Positions 60,262 through 64,000 of a DNA stretch of 64,000 nucleotides are shown piece by piece; the first letter of the stretch is position 1, and every line of letters begins with the position of its first letter. The position numbers and the translations under genes were made by a program. Under the pieces are notes generated by a model. It saw nothing but the letters and a program-made list of their open reading frames with translations, made no database searches and was not told where the DNA came from. The DNA comes from a virus. The DNA is taken from the IMG/VR virus record IMGVR_UViG_3300032282_005862, positions 1 through 64,000 of that record, one strand, 5' to 3'.

Positions 60262-61026
60262 ATGGGATATATTTATAAAATAACAAATTTAATCAATAAT
60301 AAAATATATATTGGTAAAACTACTGCAGAAAACCCTACTAGAAGGTGGACAGAACACAAAAGCAAAGCCAACAAAAGCCCAAGAACACCAATAGAATTTG
60401 CTATTAAAAAATATGGATACCAAAATTTTAAATTTGAAATAATCTTAAAATCTAATAATAAAAATCTTCCAAAATTAGAAACAAAAAATATATTAAAATA
60501 TAATACTTTATCACCAAATGGATATAATTTGGAAATATATCAACCCAATAGAATTTTAACTAAAATTTCTATAGAAAAAATGAGTAAAAGCAATCAAGGC
60601 AAACTAAAGAGTAAAAATAAAACATCTAAATATGTTGGAGTTTATAAAGATAAAAACTCTATACATACGGAATTAAGACATAGAAATATCAAATATAAAA
60701 AAGCATTTTCTTCAGAGATCAAAGCATCTATAGCATATGATAAAATGGTTTTATTTCTATATGGGAATGAAGCAATTATAAATCATAAAAATAAAAAAAA
60801 TAAATGGTCAAAACAAAATTTAAAAAATTTTTATAATTTCTTTATTAAAAAAACTTCTAAAGAAGAATCTAATTTATACTATGATCCAAAAAGAAAAAAA
60901 TGGCAAGCTAGATTAAGATATAATAGTAAAACATTTCACCTAGGAAGATTTAAATCAAAAAAAGAAGCGATTAAAGCCAAAATAAAAAAAATGAAAGAAT
61001 TAAAAATTTATGACCCAGCAAAATAA
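60262..61026 (+). CDS. GIY-YIG homing endonuclease with AP2-like domains
   Basis: GYIYKITN..NNKIYIG..RW..H, PNGYN; TSKYVGV, KWQARL..HLGRF. Confidence 0.88.
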   Translation: MGYIYKITNLINNKIYIGKTTAENPTRRWTEHKSKANKSPRTPIEFAIKKYGYQNFKFEIILKSNNKNLPKLETKNILKYNTLSPNGYNLEIYQPNRILTKISIEKMSKSNQGKLKSKNKTSKYVGVYKDKNSIHTELRHRNIKYKKAFSSEIKASIAYDKMVLFLYGNEAIINHKNKKNKWSKQNLKNFYNFFIKKTSKEESNLYYDPKRKKWQARLRYNSKTFHLGRFKSKKEAIKAKIKKMKELKIYDPAK

Positions 61027-61972
61027 AACTTTATCTGCTTCAAGAATAAAAACTCTTGAAACGTGTTCATGGACATATTGGTTAAATTATCATTTAAAAA
61101 TTCCACAAAGATCTAATGATGGAAGTGATCGTGGTACGATTTGTCATACTATTTTTGAATTACTATTAAATAAAAGACATCTTAAAAACTATAAAAGAAT
61201 TATAAAGAAAAATTCTATAGATGGCGATCAAGGGGTATCTAGGTTAGTTAAGAAGTTATCAATAAAAGTTAAACTCGATGAAAGTAATTATAAATTATTA
61301 AATGATATGATATTAGTTGGGCTTAAAAATGATTTCTTTGGCGAAGGTGGCGAAATAGTTAAACCAGAATATTCTTTTGATATTGTAAATGAAGAGCCTA
61401 AATACCATATTAAGGGTTTTATAGATAAACCCATTAAAATTAAAAAAGAAATGCATATAATTGACTATAAAAGCTCTAAATATAAGTTTAGGGGTGATGA
61501 CCTTGAAGCTAATATTCAAGCAATGATGTATAGCCTTGCAAGTAAGAAATTATGGCCTAAATTGAAGCCTATTGTTAAATTCTTATTTTTAAGATTTCCA
61601 AAACAGCCAATTCAAGAATTATCATTTGATGATAATCAAATTAAAGGATTTGAGCATTATTTAGAGCATATTAATGATTATATCAATAAGTTTAATGAAG
61701 AATCTGCAAGATCTAATTTTGCAGTAGATAATCAAAAAAATAAATGGATGTGTCAAGTTGGAGGATGGAAATGTCCATATAAAGACCCATATACATATTA
61801 TGTTAAAGTTAACAATGAAGGTGAAGTTGTAGAAACTAGTCTAGAAAATAATTTTAAAAATATGAAAGGATTTAAAATAGAAACTCGAAAATATGAAGGA
61901 TGTCCAAAATTTCAAACTAGTTTAGCTAAAGATGATTTTCTTGATAAATCAAAAGATGAATTTTTAGATTGA
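61010..61972 (+). CDS. Cas4/RecB-like PD-(D/E)xK exonuclease
   Basis: LSASRI...C, GTICH, GFID...IIDYKS, QAMMY, C-terminal Cys cluster. Confidence 0.85.
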   Translation: MTQQNKTLSASRIKTLETCSWTYWLNYHLKIPQRSNDGSDRGTICHTIFELLLNKRHLKNYKRIIKKNSIDGDQGVSRLVKKLSIKVKLDESNYKLLNDMILVGLKNDFFGEGGEIVKPEYSFDIVNEEPKYHIKGFIDKPIKIKKEMHIIDYKSSKYKFRGDDLEANIQAMMYSLASKKLWPKLKPIVKFLFLRFPKQPIQELSFDDNQIKGFEHYLEHINDYINKFNEESARSNFAVDNQKNKWMCQVGGWKCPYKDPYTYYVKVNNEGEVVETSLENNFKNMKGFKIETRKYEGCPKFQTSLAKDDFLDKSKDEFLD

Positions 61973-62004
61973 TTACTATTAAAAAGTCTGCTATATTCAG
62001 TAAA

Positions 62005-62751
62005 ATGATACCATTATTTAAATCGCATTATTCTTTAGGAAGATCTATTTTAACCCTTGAGGATAAAAGTGAGGCAGATGATTATCCAGATTCAATTATT
62101 CAAATAGCAAAAGAAAATAAACTTAAAGAGTTATTTCTTGTAGAAGATAATATGTCGTCTTTTCTAGAAGCATATACGAACACAAAAAACAATAATATTA
62201 AGTTAAATTATGGATTAAGAGTTACAGCCACGGAGTCGATTAATGATAAAACAGATGAATCTCGCCAGAAAAATTCAAAAATAGTTATATTCTTTAGGAA
62301 TAAACAAGGACATGAGCTTTTAACTAAATTATTTAGTATAGCAGCAAAAACTGGTTTTTATTATGAACCAAGGCTGGATTATGAAACTATCAAACAAAAC
62401 TGGACAGATGACTTATTACTTTGTATTCCATTTTATGATTCTTTTATATTCAATAATACTTTAAAAAACTTTATATGTATTCCACAATTTGATTTTACAA
62501 AACCTATAGTTTTTATTGAAGATAATGACTTACCATTTGATTTTATTGTTAAAAATAAAATTGAAAAATATGCCCAAGAAAATAATTTAGAACTTTACAA
62601 GACTAAAAGTATTTATTATAATAAAAGAAAAGATTTTAAAACATATCTTACATTCCGTTGTATAAATAATAGAAGTATTTTAAATAAACCAGAATTAGAG
62701 CATATGTCTACTAATGAATTTTCTTTTGAAAGCTATTTGGGAGCAAAATAA
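62005..62751 (+). CDS. stand-alone PHP domain of DNA polymerase III alpha
   Basis: KSHYSLGRSI, VEDNMSSF, YG, FYYEPRLD; likely start MIPLFK after a promoter. Confidence 0.8.
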   Translation: MIPLFKSHYSLGRSILTLEDKSEADDYPDSIIQIAKENKLKELFLVEDNMSSFLEAYTNTKNNNIKLNYGLRVTATESINDKTDESRQKNSKIVIFFRNKQGHELLTKLFSIAAKTGFYYEPRLDYETIKQNWTDDLLLCIPFYDSFIFNNTLKNFICIPQFDFTKPIVFIEDNDLPFDFIVKNKIEKYAQENNLELYKTKSIYYNKRKDFKTYLTFRCINNRSILNKPELEHMSTNEFSFESYLGAK

Positions 62752-63389
62752 TGGATGAGCATTTATTAAGATATAACAAGAAAAAGACTTTGGTATTTAT
62801 TGATTGTGAGACATTTAATCTTTGCCTTAACTTCTGCCACAATATTCCTTGGCAAATTGCTATGATTAAAGTTCAAGGTGATAAAAAAGTTGATGAAAAG
62901 AATTATTACCTTAAATGGCAAACAGATTTAAAGATTAGCCAAGACGCAGCAAGAATTACAAGATATGATCATAAAAAAGTTCAAAAAGAAGGACATGATC
63001 CAAAAGAAATATTTCCAACTATAAAAGATTGGTTAGATCATGCAGATTATATCGTAGGTCATAACACTCTTGGATTTGATATTTATTTAATTAAAGAGTA
63101 TTATAAGTATATGGGATGTAATTGGCACCATCTTATTAATAAATTTATTGATACCAATACTATAGCTAGAGGTATTAAATATGGAATACCATATAATCCA
63201 AAAGAAAGTTTAATTGAATATCAATACAAGATTTTTCATACAAGAAAAAAAGGAGTCAAGAGTTCTTTAACAGTTTTAGGTAAAGAAAATGGCATTGAAC
63301 ATGATTATGATAAATTACATGACGCAATAAATGATCTTGACTTAAATTTAAAAGTATGGAATAAATTGAAATGGCAGGTAGAAATTTAA
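62751..63389 (+). CDS. DEDDh 3'-5' exonuclease (DnaQ-like)
   Basis: FIDCET, GHNTLGFD, LHDAIND. Confidence 0.88.
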   Translation: MDEHLLRYNKKKTLVFIDCETFNLCLNFCHNIPWQIAMIKVQGDKKVDEKNYYLKWQTDLKISQDAARITRYDHKKVQKEGHDPKEIFPTIKDWLDHADYIVGHNTLGFDIYLIKEYYKYMGCNWHHLINKFIDTNTIARGIKYGIPYNPKESLIEYQYKIFHTRKKGVKSSLTVLGKENGIEHDYDKLHDAINDLDLNLKVWNKLKWQVEI

Positions 63390-63390
63390 T

Positions 63391-63612
63391 ATGGCATCAT
63401 TAGACAATATTTACGATATGCTTCAAAATCTAGACGATTCTGGTATAGAATATTTACTTATAACTATTCAAAAAGGCAAGAAAACTGGAAAAGCAGATGT
63501 TTTCTTTTCATTAAAAGATAAGGCTTCTATGAAAATTCTTTCAACAGGATTAAATGAATTTAATAAAGAAATTGATAAGATAAATCAAAAGGATGAAGAT
63601 GACGAAGAATAA
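63391..63612 (+). CDS. small acidic hypothetical protein
   Basis: 73-aa ORF between the exonuclease and dnaE. Confidence 0.6.
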   Translation: MASLDNIYDMLQNLDDSGIEYLLITIQKGKKTGKADVFFSLKDKASMKILSTGLNEFNKEIDKINQKDEDDEE

Positions 63613-64000
63613 TACTTTAGAAGATAAAGCATTTTCATCAAAATTTCAAGATGTTGATCTTGGATTACATGGTGTTAGATTGCCAGAATTTACTATTGAT
63701 AGTCAATCTAAAAGGCATTTAAATCTTAGCGAAGATGTTTCAAATTATGACTTCCTAAGAGGTTTAGCTTTAAATGGATTTAAAGATCTAAATATAGATA
63801 AAAGTAATTCTGAGTATAAAAGATATGTTGATCGCGCAAAGTATGAACTTGAAACACTAAAAGAACTTGGGTTTATTGATTATATTTTATTGGTATGGGA
63901 TGTTATTAATTTTTGCAAAACCCATGATATTCCAGTTGGTTTAGGCAGAGGTTCTGCTGCTGGATCATTAATTTTGTATCTTATTGGAGTAACTAGAATT
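63593..64000 (+). CDS. dnaE: DNA polymerase III alpha catalytic part lacking PHP; truncated by the window end
   Basis: Manual translation: RLPEF...YVDRAKYELETLKELGFIDYILLVWD...GLGRGSAAGSLILYLIGVTRI. Confidence 0.93.
   Translation, partial: MKMTKNNTLEDKAFSSKFQDVDLGLHGVRLPEFTIDSQSKRHLNLSEDVSNYDFLRGLALNGFKDLNIDKSNSEYKRYVDRAKYELETLKELGFIDYILLVWDVINFCKTHDIPVGLGRGSAAGSLILYLIGVTRI

Overview
A 64 kb, very AT-rich, gene-dense segment of a large lytic dsDNA phage (Caudoviricetes-like) using genetic code 11. No capsid, terminase or integrase genes are recognisable in this window. The left ~34 kb is mostly on the minus strand. It holds many small early-type ORFs plus MazG, a 3D-domain protein, two Zn deaminases, an OGG2-like glycosylase, RuvB, rIIA/rIIB, DNA ligase, UvsE, three tRNAs, PurA, NrdAB, a sigma factor and a dNMP kinase. 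The 34-41 kb part has a GMP reductase/IMPDH-family gene, a tmRNA and an unexplained structured non-coding RNA with its own promoter. The 41.7-55 kb part is a 13-gene glycan cluster whose enzyme set (DdhC, RmlB, TPP E1 alpha/beta, reductase) points to a C4-branched 3,6-dideoxy sugar. The 55-64 kb part is the replication module: RecA, DnaB, ThyX, primase, Cas4-like nuclease and a DnaE split into PHP, exonuclease and polymerase genes. The best candidate for an undescribed system is a repeated two-gene cassette: a Cys-rich protein with a conserved N-terminus and variable C-terminus, paired with a minimal CCA/poly(A)-polymerase-like nucleotidyltransferase. It is present as two intact copies and one deletion relic, with one possible distant relative of the Cys-rich gene. 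Other notable points are a tRNA-Ser with the rare anticodon ACU, a recurrent GTGTAA promoter-like motif and widespread leaderless transcription. All calls come from reading motifs by eye; no database searches were run.
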